A stretch of DNA of 64,000 nucleotides from contig CM119271.1 in the NCBI GenBank assembly GCA_051294375.1, positions 4,607,353 through 4,671,352 on the forward strand, given 5' to 3'. Both the position numbers and the translations under genes were made by a program. This stretch comes from Paraspadella gotoi (lineage: Eukaryota > Animalia > Chaetognatha). Each line of letters opens with the position of its first letter. The first letter of the stretch is position 1. This document shows, in pieces, positions 1-13,700 of the stretch. The notes under the pieces were generated by a model. That model searched no databases. It was not told the origin of the DNA and was given only the letters and a program-made list of their open reading frames with translations.

Positions 1-1504
1 TTTTGGGTAAGGTTCGCCCAAGTTCAACTCTCTCTATGAGGCGCTTATTTTATGCATTAAGTCTTTTCACTTCTCCACTCGATGGAGGAGCGCCAAGAAT
101 CGCCCTTACCTTAGGTCAGTCAGTCAATATGTCAGTCAGTCGATATCTCAGTCAGTCAGTCCGTCCGTTAGACAATACGGAATGAATGTAGTGGTTTACC
201 TTCCTGATTTTAGTCTAAGCACACCCGTTTGATAATTTTTTTAAAAAATGAAACAAAATAACAACTAGCAAAACTGAGCCTCCATAAAAAATCCGAATTA
301 AAAGAGTATTTTTTTGTTATCGTTAACTATATTTGTTAAAGAATGTATTTAACTTCATCATGTAAAATTCAATATATAGATTTCTTTTTTTTCGATTTTA
401 AAGTTTCTTCAAACTAACTTTTTCTTCCCGTATGTATTAGATTATTAATAAGTTCGAGTAATGATCCTCCGTACGTACAAAACTCTTCCTCACCCCAAAT
501 TCCGCCGCTTAAACATACGACCCCTTGACCCGACCTCGCTCCCATCCTGAACTCACCCGTCGACCCTCACCCTCCCGACTTCGCCCCCCCTCCACCTTCC
601 GCCCCCCCCGCACGCCCTTACTCATAAATCCATCCCCGGACGAACGCCTCAGGGCGGATGCCTTTACGATATTCGGCGCTGGGAGCTTTTTCGAAGGAAG
701 GGATACAGGGGGTGTGGAAGGAGGGGGTGGCGGGGATGGAAGGGGGGAGGCTGAGCGATGATGCGGGAAGGATCTAAGAGGGTCAGGTTATGAGGTGACC
801 GGAAACTCCTTCTTTTTTTTTTTCTTTCCTGAGGAGAAGAGAGAGAGAAGAAGAGAGAGAAAGAGAGGAGAGAGAGAGAGAGAGAGAGAGAGGGGGGAAA
901 AAAAAAAAGGTGAGAAGGGGAAGATGGAAATCTTTTTGAAGGAGAGAGAGAGAGGGAGATGAGATGAGATGAGAGAGGGAGATGAGATGAGAGAGAGAGA
1001 TGAGATGAGAGGGAGAAGAAATCTTTTAAGAAGGCGAGAGAGAAAGGAAAATAAGATTTGCAAGAGGAATTGAAAAAGAGGAAGATGAGATGAGAGGGAG
1101 GGAGAAATATAAGATGAGATGAGATGAGAGGGAGGAAAATAAGATGAGATGAGAGGGAGGAAGATGAGATGAGATGAGAGGGAGGAATATAAGATGAGAT
1201 GAGAGGGAGGAAGATGAAATGAGAGCGAGGAAAATAAAATAGGAAGATGAAATTAGTCAGTAAGGGCAAAGACAAAATGGAGGAAAAGGAAAGAAATGCC
1301 TGGAGCACAAGAGAGAAGAAGAATCCGAGGTAAGATGTCGTGGAAACTTATTAGTTTTATCTAAAACTTTGTAGTATATTGACGTTGCTTGAGAAAGAAA
1401 ATTTTACCCTAAAATTTAAAAAATTGGCACGAACTGCGGGCGAAACTGATCGAGAAGGAAAAAGAAAAAAGAGAAGAAAAATTTCAGGTATAAAAAAGCT
1501 GAAG

Positions 1505-1570
<66 letters not shown>

Positions 1571-1916
1571 CCCTTCAAAAGGTTTGAAACTTATGGCGTT
1601 AAAATGAACCGACGTCCGGGAAAAAAAAAGGAAATCCAGAAGGAAAGGAGGAAAGCGGGAGATAGGAGAGAGAAAATAGAAGGGAAGATATCAAAGAGGA
1701 GGAGGAGGAGGAGGAGGAGGAAGTGAGGAGCCGTGAGAATCGCCTCACGTGAAAAGGAGTCAAGGTGAAAAGGGTAAAGCTTTGAGCGGATGAGGGTCTA
1801 TAGAAAAAGAGGAGGAGGAGGAGGAAGAGGAGGAGGAGGAGGAGGAGGAAAAAGAATATAACAGCGAGATGAGCAAGAATTCATCCGAGAGAAAAAAAAG
1901 GTTATTTACGAAAGAA

Positions 1917-1947
<31 letters not shown>

Positions 1948-2096
1948 TTTTTTCCTCGTCGTTGTCGAATATAAATAACCGCCGAAAATTACTAATTCAC
2001 TTTGTATTATGTTCCAGAGTGATTGCATAAAAAAGACCAGGGACATAATGATTTCTCGGTTAAAAGTCGATTTAGATTCAATATTTGTGCAGAGAT

Positions 2097-2187
2097 TTGA
2101 CAAGCAACCAAAGCTAAAGCACCTTGACAAGCAACCAAAGCTTAAGCACCTTGACAAGCAACCAAAGCTTAAGCACCTTGGCAAGCA
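2097..2187. repeat. 27-bp tandem minisatellite (TTGACAAGCAACCAAAGCTTAAGCACC) x~3.4
   Basis: Near-perfect head-to-tail copies read directly; generates the spurious DKQPKLKHL repeat ORF. Confidence 0.9.
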
Positions 2188-2462
2188 AGGTCAGCTCCAA
2201 AAATCTTGACTTTTCAACATCGTCACTCATAACCACAAATGGCTCTCGTTTTCCAGAGCGCCTTATTTCTCTTCCTTCAACTTTAATTTTAATCTCAAAC
2301 TTTAATCTTCAAACTATTTATCTAACTTACTTCTGCACCCTAACCCTAACCCTAAACTATTTATCCCTTACCTTAAACCCTAGTACATAATCCTAATCAC
2401 TTATATAATCCCTAATCTTAATCCCAAACCTAATCTATAACCTTAACCTCCGACTAAATTTT

Positions 2463-2465
<3 letters not shown>

Positions 2466-2506
<41 letters not shown>

Positions 2507-2760
2507 CATTTTCACAATCTTACTTCTACTTCCCCTGTCCTTACCTTGAACTGTCCTCACATCTGACCACTCTCTCACTCAATTCTTTGTTGGAATCTCC
2601 CTCTCTCTCTGTCTCTCTCTCTCTCACTAAACTCAACTTTCACAGAGATAATTGTTGTAAAAAATCACTTGCTGATGAAGACTCTAACTCTACAAGAGTC
2701 GAAACATGTCCGACTTACTTGTCAATAAAATTCGTTGCCACATTAAAACTGTTTTTCCTA
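2466..2760 (+). mobile_element. Penelope-like element terminal-repeat (pLTR) fragment with hammerhead motif
   Basis: Shares CTGTCCTCACATCTGACCAC...CAATTCTTTGTTGGAA-(CT)n and the HHR block with the elements at 26597-27484 and 54591-56588; the latter carries a GIY-YIG remnant. Confidence 0.75.
2669..2713 (+). ncRNA. Minimal type I hammerhead ribozyme motif
   Basis: CTGATGA-A-GACTCT[aactctaca]AGAGTC-GAAA-CATGTC: complete core, 6-bp stem II, palindromic ACATGT stem III, GUC cleavage triplet, short stem I (ttg/cga). Confidence 0.8.
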
Positions 2761-3159
2761 AAACTAAAAAAAAAATTACATTCATTCCACAAACAATTTC
2801 CCGCCATTTTAATTTACCTCATCGACCCTCGGCCGGGGTCATCCACTTAGTCCGAGGCCGGAGTCCCGACCCAAGGTAAGTTCTTCGATCCGTGGAAAGG
2901 AATTTCCACGAATTCCTTGGGTCGTGACGAGTCTTCCTTTCCGGTCATCAGACTTGGCGGAGGAAAAACTACTTCTTTGGGTCATAAAAGTGAGAAAATG
3001 CCAAGGTGGACCGAGAGGGTAAGGGGGAGGTAAGAAGGGGAGGATTGGAGGGAAGAAGAGAGGGAGGGAGGGAGGGAGGAAGGAAAGGAAGGAAGAAAGA
3101 AAAGGAAGAAAGTGAGGAAGGAAAGGGAGGAAGGAAGGGAGGAAAGAACGAATTAAAGA

Positions 3160-3770
<611 letters not shown>

Positions 3771-4008
3771 ATTTTGTTTCTCCTTATTTTCTATTTTCCT
3801 TATTCCGTTTTACTATTGACGAAGACGACGACGATGTCGATGACGATGACGGCGAAGACGACGACGACGACGGCGAAGACGACGACGAGGTTCGCCCTTC
3901 CCCTCTGAGCGATTTAACTTTATTTCGGGTCTTCGAGTCTCGAAGCCAAAATGAAAAACGAGATGATGCGATCGGAAAAAAGAAAGAAAGAAAAAAAGAA
4001 AGAAATAA

Positions 4009-4103
<95 letters not shown>

Positions 4104-4708
4104 TAAGAAAGAAAGACTAATTTGTGAGAAAAATAATCTCGACGTTGACGCTGGAAAAGTAATGTAAAGAAAGAAAATCTTGAGGTGAATTTTGATGATA
4201 ACAAAATCTGTGAAAAGTTTTATCACGAATTAAAAAGAGGGATTGAATCACATATTATTTGGCTTCCTACCTAAAAATGAAAATATTGAGAAAATATTCG
4301 AATTGAAAGTAAAGGAAACTACGATTTAGTTTCAATAGTTGTGAAACATTGGCCGTTACATGAAAAAAAGTTTAATGTTCCTTCCGAAAAGTTTTTTTTT
4401 TTCTCTTAACGGTTTCACATTTGTTTACGATGTTCCCTGTCCCTCGCCAACGAAAGCGCCACCTCTCTTCAGACTGGAAATGCGTTTTATCGAAGTTTCC
4501 CTTTTGTCACCGAATTCGGGAGCGGGGGGGGATTTTGGGAATGTGAGGGGGGCGTTTGAGAATGAAGAAGAGTTGTATTGGGAGGAAAGGAAGAAAGAAA
4601 AAGGTAAGTTTAGAAAGAGGAAAGTGAAGAAGTGAAGATCAAAACTTTTAAAGTGCAGTGAAGGGAGCAGTGAAAAGAGAGAGAGAGAGACGAGAGAGAC
4701 GGAGCAGA

Positions 4709-4742
<34 letters not shown>

Positions 4743-5249
4743 TCTAAAACTTTTTTAAAAAACTTGTATTAAAGGAGAATAAAAATGAGGTTGAAAGATC
4801 GTGGGCAGCATCTTTAATAGATTGAAATTAGGATAAGGTTCTTTAGAAAAAAAAGTTTTCAAAAGAAATTAAATGAGAATTTCGAGAGAAAAAAATTAAA
4901 AAGAAAAGAAAAGAAATGATTAAACGTGTGTTAATCTATTGTAAGTTAACTAATTCTATACTGGAAAAGAAATATTGAGATAAAAATAAATGACTCTTGC
5001 TTATTTACCTTACATTGTCTAGTGTCCACATACAATTTTCACGGGGAAGTTCACGGAGAAAGGGCAGCCTGAGAGTAAAGAAAAGAAAGGAAAGGAACGA
5101 AAATAAGAAAAGGAAAAAAGGAAAAACTAATAAAAGGAAAAGGAGGAAGCAAAGGGAGGGGAGAAGAGGCGGCGCAGCATCCGGAATGACGGAATAGAAA
5201 TTAAGTTGCTGCCTCTTCTCGAACTTTACGATGGCAAAGATTGAAAAAG

Positions 5250-5365
<116 letters not shown>

Positions 5366-5802
5366 CGGTGATTTAGACGTTTCACATTGATGGAAACGTG
5401 GAGGAAAGGAGGGATTGAAGAGGAAAGAAGAAGAGGAAAAAAGTAGAGGAATAGAAAAAAAGAGGAAAATAAAGGAATTTCGGAAGAGGGAGAAGAGAAA
5501 AGAAGAAGATACGAAGGAGGTAAAAGAAGAAGAGATGGAAAAGAAAGAAACATTGAAGCAATAAAAAAATAGAGGAAAGAATAAAGATATAAATAAAGAA
5601 AGAAGAAATAGGAAAGGGAAAAAATGAAAGAAGGAGAAAGAAGGAGAAAGAAGGAGAAAGAAGGAGAAAGAAGGAGAAAGAAGGAGAAAGAAGGAGAAAG
5701 AAGGAGAAAGAGAATCAGACGGATAGACTTGAAGAAAGGCTAAAGGAGGGGCATTGAAATGATTTCGCATTTCCTTAGGACGTTGATAAGAGTCTCTCTC
5801 TT

Positions 5803-5886
<84 letters not shown>

Positions 5887-6032
5887 CTCTGTTCCCCATT
5901 CTCACACGCATTGCCCTTTCGCGAAAGTGCGAGGCTACGAATAAAGCAAAGATTAGGAAATGTAAAAGTGCAAATGGAAGGAGAGTCAGGAAGAAGAAAG
6001 GAATTGAAAAACAGACTCATGAAAATGAGTCT

Positions 6033-6105
<73 letters not shown>

Positions 6106-6577
6106 AGAGAGATGAGCAGCAGAGAGAGAGAGAGAGATGTAAACAGATTCGTGAAAGAATTTTCATTCGGCGACGAATAAAAAATGAAGCAAACAAAAGA
6201 GCAGGTGCGTTGGGGAGATTTTCCAGCGCGATTGTACTCGTGGCGTCTGACCGTAGTGCTTGATGTTAACTTTAAAGAAACTCTATAAGAACAACTTGGG
6301 TAATGGGGCAAGAGTATTTCTTTAAGAAATAAAATTCATCTTAATGAAAAGAAAAAAAGTCATCAAGGTTTTTTTTAAATCTTTCTCTTTATTTACTAAA
6401 AAGAAAAGGAATTCTAGAAAAGGTATACGGCCGTCCTCCGCAGAGATAAAAAAAACCGTCATGACGGAAAATGAAAAAGATATTTTCCGCGATATAAATA
6501 AAAATAAAAGCAAGTAAAATAAAGGAGAAAGAGAAACGTAAAATGAAAATATTGAAAAAACCAACTAAGCATTAAAA

Positions 6578-7032
6578 GGCTACGATTTTCCAAAAGCGCT
6601 TCGTTTCGGAATCATTTCAAATCCCTGGATAATTTTTATATTGTTTGTAACAATTTTATATTATTAAAAACATTTCATAAATCCTAAAACTAACCTTTAA
6701 CTTTAATTTCTAATAATAATATTTTTTAAATTTTTTATATCTCTGTTTTTTAGCATTTGTTCATCATGGACTATCAAGTATGGTTAAGCTATGTTAAGCA
6801 AAATTTATTACTCCGTTTAAAATAATGTATTTTCCTGATAACACTATAATAAATAAAAATAATATGTTATTAATTCCTAACAATGATTCCTAACTATAAT
6901 CACCAACCCTATGCCCATCCCTTAAACAAATTTTAATCCCTGGCCCTAACCCATATCCTAACCATTAACCCTTGAAACTAATCAAATTCTAAAAAAAAAA
7001 GCCGGAATGGGGCTCTTTAGGAAAATAGGGCC
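6578..7032. mobile_element. MITE-like element, family B (imperfect ~28-bp TIRs, internal degenerate CCTAAC motifs)
   Basis: GGCTACGATTTTCCAAAAGCGCTTCGTTTC ... GAATGGGGCTCTTTAGGAAAATAGGGCC; related copies at 2240 (left end only), 32371-32677 and 60854-61021. Confidence 0.55.
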
Positions 7033-7546
7033 GAAATTTGAAATAACTCTTTTTAGAATTTAAGACGTTTCACGTCGTCGCTAAAAGACGACGACATTTT
7101 GGAAAAGAGAGAAGATTCGTCTCCCTCTCTCTTTTCCTTTTTTTTTTTCCTTTTCTTTTCTTTTTTTTTCCTTTCTTTTCCTTTCTCGTTTATGTTCTTT
7201 CTTGTTCCATTTTATGTTCCATTTTCCTCGTCGTTCTTCTTCTTTCATCGTCGAATGTCGATGTTGATTCAAATCGATTCTTTCACACGATCTGTTCTTT
7301 TTTGTTCGGTCGGTCGGTCGGTCTATCGATACTAGTAACAATTTTGAACCTCATGAGTCATGTCAATGACATAAACTTGTCGAGAAATCTTACCATTAAA
7401 TACTTACCTCCATCAAACTGCAAATTAATCGCTCTCTCTCTCCTCTCGGTCACGTCACCAGCCCTGTGTGTACTGTGTACTGTGTACTGATTCGGCACAG
7501 TGTGTAAGACAATTTTCCGAGTCAGTGGCCGAGGATTCGTTGTGTT

Positions 7547-7580
<34 letters not shown>

Positions 7581-8470
7581 ATATTTATATAGGTACATGA
7601 ATCATGTTTTCCAGTTTTGGTCTCAAAAATTGTTGTTTTATCGTCGTTTTTGATTCTGTTTTATGTACATATGTATGTATGTATGAATGTATGTATGTAT
7701 GTATGACTTGTATGTATGTATGTATACATGGATCCTTTAAACTAATCCTCTCAAATTTTCAAGATAAATTTTCCCCCAATCATGAATGCAAAGCAGCCGA
7801 CGTCTATTTCGTCTTTTCGCTCGAATTTTCTCAACTTCTCCTACCAAGGCGAAGAAGAAAGATCGACCGACCCAGCCTCATCCTTCATTTCATTTAACTC
7901 TCAAGGTTTATCGTTGTCTTCCAAGACTCGCTCTCCGAAACGAGAAAGTGAGACAGGGATGTGGGAGGGATGTGAAGAAAATAGCTGAAAATTCAAAATC
8001 GAGACTTTATATCATTATTTATGAAGTAAATATTATTCGTTATCTATTAATAATTATGAGGACCCAGATTTAAGCATTGATAGCTTACAAAATGGCATGA
8101 TGTTATTGTTGTTGAAGGTAAAAATTGCTAATGAATAATTGAATCGGTTTATATTTAATTATTCCATATGTACTGTAAGTAATGTCTCGAAATACACGTC
8201 ATAATTCTTCCCGACTCAATGTCATCGCCATTGTTGCTGTTTTTGTCTGCATATTTTTGTCAAAGCGCCATTGACCAGTAGACTTTTTATTTACATTTAA
8301 GTGTAGCGACTTTCTTAGATTCAACTAGTCGAATTAGGTATCGGACTCCAATATGCAAATCAAATTGAAAGATCGTGTCGAAATTTATAGAATAGATTTG
8401 ACCTCGAAACAACAATACGAAAATCTATTTATTCAATAAGATTGACTGAGTAACCTGGTAAATAAGGGGG

Positions 8471-8528
<58 letters not shown>

Positions 8529-8531
8529 GAG

Positions 8532-8569
<38 letters not shown>

Positions 8570-8763
8570 AAGAGAGAGAGAGACAGAGGTCCACCCGGTG
8601 AAAAATCGGTGAGGTAAAAGGAGACCCCAAAAAAAATAAGATCAATTTTCTAGGAAATGAAAAAAGTGAGAAAAAAAACTCTTCTTTCGTCCAACAAAGG
8701 AACACTGGCTTCGGTTGTCACCGCATGTCGTTGTCGCCGTCATTATCGTCGTCGATTTCGTCT

Positions 8764-8764
<1 letters not shown>

Positions 8765-8859
<95 letters not shown>

Positions 8860-8867
8860 GCAGCGGC
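8765..8867. repeat. (GGC)n trinucleotide tract, ~30 units
   Basis: Directly visible; source of the poly-P/G/R ORFs. Confidence 0.95.
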
Positions 8868-9416
8868 TCGACGTCTGAACGACGTCTGGACTTGAAACGT
8901 TGATTCAAGATTCTTTTCTCACTTTTCTTCCATAAAATCGACGCCGATGAAAAAGGAGGAAGATGAAGAGTGGAGGAAAGAAAAAAGAGGAAAGAGATGA
9001 AATTAAAAAAGAAATAAAGGAAAAAAAGGAAAGAAAATAGATTTTAAAAAATAAATGGAGAAAGAGGGAAAATAAAAATAAAATGATCAAAAGAATGAGA
9101 AGTTTGAAAAATGCAAAAAAAAAAGAAAACATAAAAAAGGGAAAAAAAAGGAAAAAAATCGGTAATTTTGAGAATAAAAACCAAACGACAATAAGCAATG
9201 ACGAAAGAAAATTAAAAGAAAGGTTAATATTGAAAAGGAAAAAAAAGATGATTAAAAGGAAAGAAAAAAGGAAACTATGAAAAGAAAAAAGGAGAAAAAA
9301 AGAAAGAAAAGGTTCTCGCTGCCAATTGCACTCGTGGATTTTACAATTTCCTCTTTTGACGACGTGGGGAATAAAACGCTCTTTCTTCGTCTCCATCGCT
9401 CCCTCTCTCTGTCTCT

Positions 9417-9460
<44 letters not shown>

Positions 9461-9527
9461 TCTTCTCTCTTTTTCTCTCTCTCTTCATCCATTATATCTT
9501 TCTCACTGGCTCCTTTCTCTCTCTCTC

Positions 9528-9597
<70 letters not shown>

Positions 9598-9716
9598 TTC
9601 TCTCCTTCTCATCCATTGTTAAGTTTAAAGGAGAGAAGCAATTCCCCCTGGTTTCGAAGTTCACCTACGAAATGAAGGAAAAATACACTTTTTTTAATTT
9701 CATTTTTAAACTTCAA

Positions 9717-9870
9717 AGTTTAGAGATGAAACGAAAAAATCGTTTGAATAGCAATTTTTACCGCTAAGAGTCGAAACATGTTCAATAATAAAAATAAAAA
9801 TTGCTATTCAAACGATTTTTTCGTTTCATCTCTAAACTATTTTAAATAGCAAAAAAAAAGTCAAAATACA
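9717..9870. mobile_element. Miniature foldback derivative of the Penelope-like family with half a hammerhead
   Basis: ~45-bp inverted repeat AGTTTAGAGATGAAACGAAAAAATCGTTTGAATAGCAATTTTT enclosing AAGAGTCGAAACATGTT; termini and right-hand tail (AAATAGCAAAA..GTCAAAATA) match both ends of 54591-56588. Confidence 0.7.
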
Positions 9871-10785
9871 ATAACTTCAAAGTTTTAATAAAAACTTGTT
9901 GGTGTTACGGTTAATCACGCAGAATAAACAGATCGCACTCTATTGGTCAATTTTTAATTGATAAACATTTAAAGTTCAAAATTGATAAGCATTTCAAAAT
10001 TATATCGACGCGACAACATAGGCGCGAATGTTAAAAAAAAATCCATTTCTTAATATTAAACTGAAAGGTTATTCAATAAAACAAGCGCACGGACCGACAG
10101 AATTCAATGAAATTATCCTAATTAAATCCTGTAATAGATTCGTGACGCAAACACACACCCCCTCCTTCGCCCCCCCCCCCTTAAAATATCCTCTTGTCCA
10201 GTTTGATTTAATTTACAACTCAGTCTGGATGCGGGTTTCGATTTTACGGATTTTTTTTTTCCCAAATCTCACGGAATTTTGTTGACTTTCGTGTTTCCTT
10301 CTTTTTTATATAAAATCTAAAATGATTTACCAAATAAAAAATTCAAGAAATAACTTTTTTTTCTCCGAAAAAGATTTTAATCAACGGATGTAAAAATATT
10401 TTTTTATCCAAAAAAAATGTTTGTTTTTTTAAATTTAAATGGCAGATCGAAGAGTAAACATTTCACTCAGATTTGATCAAAGTGAATCGAATTGAAAAGC
10501 CAAAAAGATCTTCGGAGATAAGAAGAGGGACCATCGAAGATCATTTGGTAATATATTACATTATATTTGAATAGTTATTAAAAATAATGTCATATTGTTA
10601 TTCTAGTACCTCTACATAATTATCGAAAAAAATCGTTCCGTCCTTAATTCATCCCTTGCTCAATATTAATTTATTTATTAATTAATTTATTAGTATTAAT
10701 TTATAAGTTTCATTAGTTCCATTCACGCCCTCCTATTTAAAACCCCCTTCCCACGCCCTCTCCCCCCTCCAGCCCCTCCTCAGCC

Positions 10786-13700
10786 ATGAGCCTCCTCTCC
10801 GTCCCCAAGCCACGTCTGGAGAAGCGCCACTCCGCTCCAGCCCCAGCACCTCCATCCCTCCGACCGCTCATCGCCCGTGCGGAGGCGGTCAACCTGCTGG
10901 TCCTCGACGTGGTCGCCGCTCTCCGGAAGTCGACCCGGGCGTCGGAGGCGCCGCTCGACTCGTTGCCCTTCGCGCTGAAGCTTCACGGGCAGCGGCTGCT
11001 CAAGCGGGCGGCTGGGGGAGCGGACGACTCGGGTTGAATTGTCTTTCTTTTTTTTTTTACGGTTTCGCTTATATGAAATTGGTACAACTAAATTGAACTA
11101 ATATAATAATTATCCATTCATTTAATAAATAAGCTGTCTTGCCCCTGATTTTGGACAGGCTTTGGTGGTTTAAGGCCTCCATCACTCTCACAAGATAATG
11201 ACATAGCAGATCCCTGCAAGCTTTCAATTTAGACTCTCTCTCACTCTTGTTTATTCACTCTCAGAGTATCACTATCAATCAAGTGGTATAATGTTTCAAA
11301 GAATGTTTCAATTGTATGAAAAGACCACTCCCCTAAGTATTAGATCAGGGAATACTATATCGTACTCCGCCCAGCATCAAAATACAAGGAGCTCAATTTT
11401 AAGCTTGCAGGGACCTGCTACGTCATTATCTTGTAAGTGTGATGGAGGCCTTAAACCACAAAAGCCTGTCCTAAGTCAGGGGCAAGATAGCCTATTTATT
11501 AAATGAATGGATAATTTTTATATCGGTTGTACCAATTTCATAAATAGATTAAAATTGATGTAATCCACGGCTCTCTTATTCCCATTCGAACCTTACTCCC
11601 ACTCGCTCTCCCACTCACTTCTAAACCTAACAGCCCCCCACCCCCCCACCCCTCCCTCAGCTACCCCCTGCCTCTCCTGCGTGACCTCCCCCAACGCCCT
11701 CGGCCAACTCGCCGTCGAGATTGCCGACGCCAAACAAAAGATCTTCGACGAGAAGATTCGCGCGGAGACGAAGCCGTTGGCGGAGGCGTTGGCCAAGCTG
11801 GAAGCGGTCGCGGAAGAGTTCGAGGGGATACGGAGGATGTTGGCCGGGATGGGTATGTTGGGATGGCGGGGAAGGGGGGAGTGGGTGGAGATTTTTAGGT
11901 TTAAAAATTTAGGTCGGGGTTTAAGGAGTTGGTTAGGGCTTAGCTGAATATTAAGGTTAATATTAAATTTAAGGATTAGGAATCTAAATATAAATATAAT
12001 ACAATTACATCGATTTAAGAAAATGCGCGATCTACAGGCGCCGGCGTCGTCGGCTTTCAAAACGGCGTCAAAAACGTCGCCGCCGACGAGGACGCCGTCG
12101 ACGATTTGGCGGCAACATTGATGGAGTTTCTGGGCAAGGAGGAGGTCGTCGGGGAGCAGTTGAAGGTGAGTTAAAGGGTAAGGTCGATGGTTAATCGTTA
12201 AAGGTAAGAGTGGGGAGCAATTGAACGAAAGCAATTGGTGTTGAAAGTATAGGGAAAATATTGATACAGTTGGGGCTAAAAAAAATTGTCATTTTAATCA
12301 GGGAATTTAAAAGGTTTTTTTTAGGTTATTTTTCACTAGTTTATCGTCCTTCTTATTGTATGAATTTTCTATTACTTATTAAGTTCGGCTCGGCCGCGCC
12401 CAACCCCACCAGACCTTAACTGCGTCGGATTCTCTCTCACGGTACACGTCAGGTCGCGAGCCGATTCCTTGCGGCAGCCTCTGGCCTTCCACCTGGAACT
12501 CGACGTCTGAGAGCACATCAAGTCGCTTCCTGTCGTCTCGCTCGCCTCTCCTACCTCTCATCGCCGCCGAGTCTCCCGCGTGCCCCTATCCGGCGCGCGT
12601 CTCAAGACCGCGCGCGGCAGCCAGAGGCGGACGGTAGGAGACGGCGGGCCGTCCGCGGGGCCGTACTGGCGCGACAGGAGCGGGATTTCGAGGCCGCGTG
12701 GATCCTGCTCCGAACCGACCGTCGGGCGGCGGGCTGGCGTGAGGTTGGATGGGCCTGCGTGGCGGTCTTGTGGCAAGCTGGGGGAGTGTAGACGGAGGAG
12801 CCATGGACGGCGGGGAGAAATTTGGAGAGGGTATGAGCGAGCGGTTATGACCGGGAGTAGTGCCGCGGCAGCTTTCCGAGTTCGGCCTCGGGACGGGTCC
12901 GATTGTCATTGAGTTCGCTGAAAGTCCGTCGTACAGAGAGAGATAGTAGTGATCCGTCTAGCGATTGCAGGATCCGCTAGCGAGTATTCGCGAAGTCCGT
13001 TGCGAATTCGTCAGGTCAGTTAGGGTGACTCGTGGAATAAGTGAAGTTCTTTGATCCTGTTTTTGAGTTACGTGTACACGGCCCACATTCCTGAAAGATT
13101 CTCGCATTCTGCATTTGGAACCTGAGTGTGCGTTCGTGAATGAACGACGCTCCTGCTATCCACGCGATGAATGAGTTAAATACTCGCACGCCTAAGGATA
13201 TTGTTACGTATTAGTGGAAAGAATGAGTCTGAGCACGAGGAAGTACGCCTAAAATGAATAGAGAATTCGGATTAAATTGACATATCTGCGTACACTGTCA
13301 ACTAGTATAGTTCCTTTGAAATACTTCAGATGAATCTCGTGTTACAACCAAAAAAATATTTCATAGAACGGATTTTTAAAGAAGAAATTCTATCATCGTT
13401 TTATGTTTTAATCTTGACCTTGGTGGATAATATTCTTATTAATTGGAATTTCCTTATCTTCTCCTTCAGAGTTATTTTTCATCCATCTAAAGCCCGCACA
13501 GGGACTCCTTCCGAGGATCACATCTCTTGAGCGTAGTTGAACCATTAGGACGGATTGTCATGAGTCGAGCCGGACCGTCTATCCCGACTCGTCAACGACG
13601 TTCCGTATAGTCAGAGAACTGCGACCAAAGTTAGCGGGTACGGGAGCGCTCTTGGAAAGAGTAATGAGCTTTTGCTGAGTATAATACCGACATCGCTGAC

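Noticed and set aside
2920-2955. Minus-strand CTGATGACCGGAAAGG as a hammerhead
   Set aside because: No GAAA after a proper stem II and no stem III or cleavage triplet.
2815-2990. PDZ-like minus-strand exon (ELTLGRDSGLGLS)
   Set aside because: A stop follows immediately and no other PDZ segments were found.
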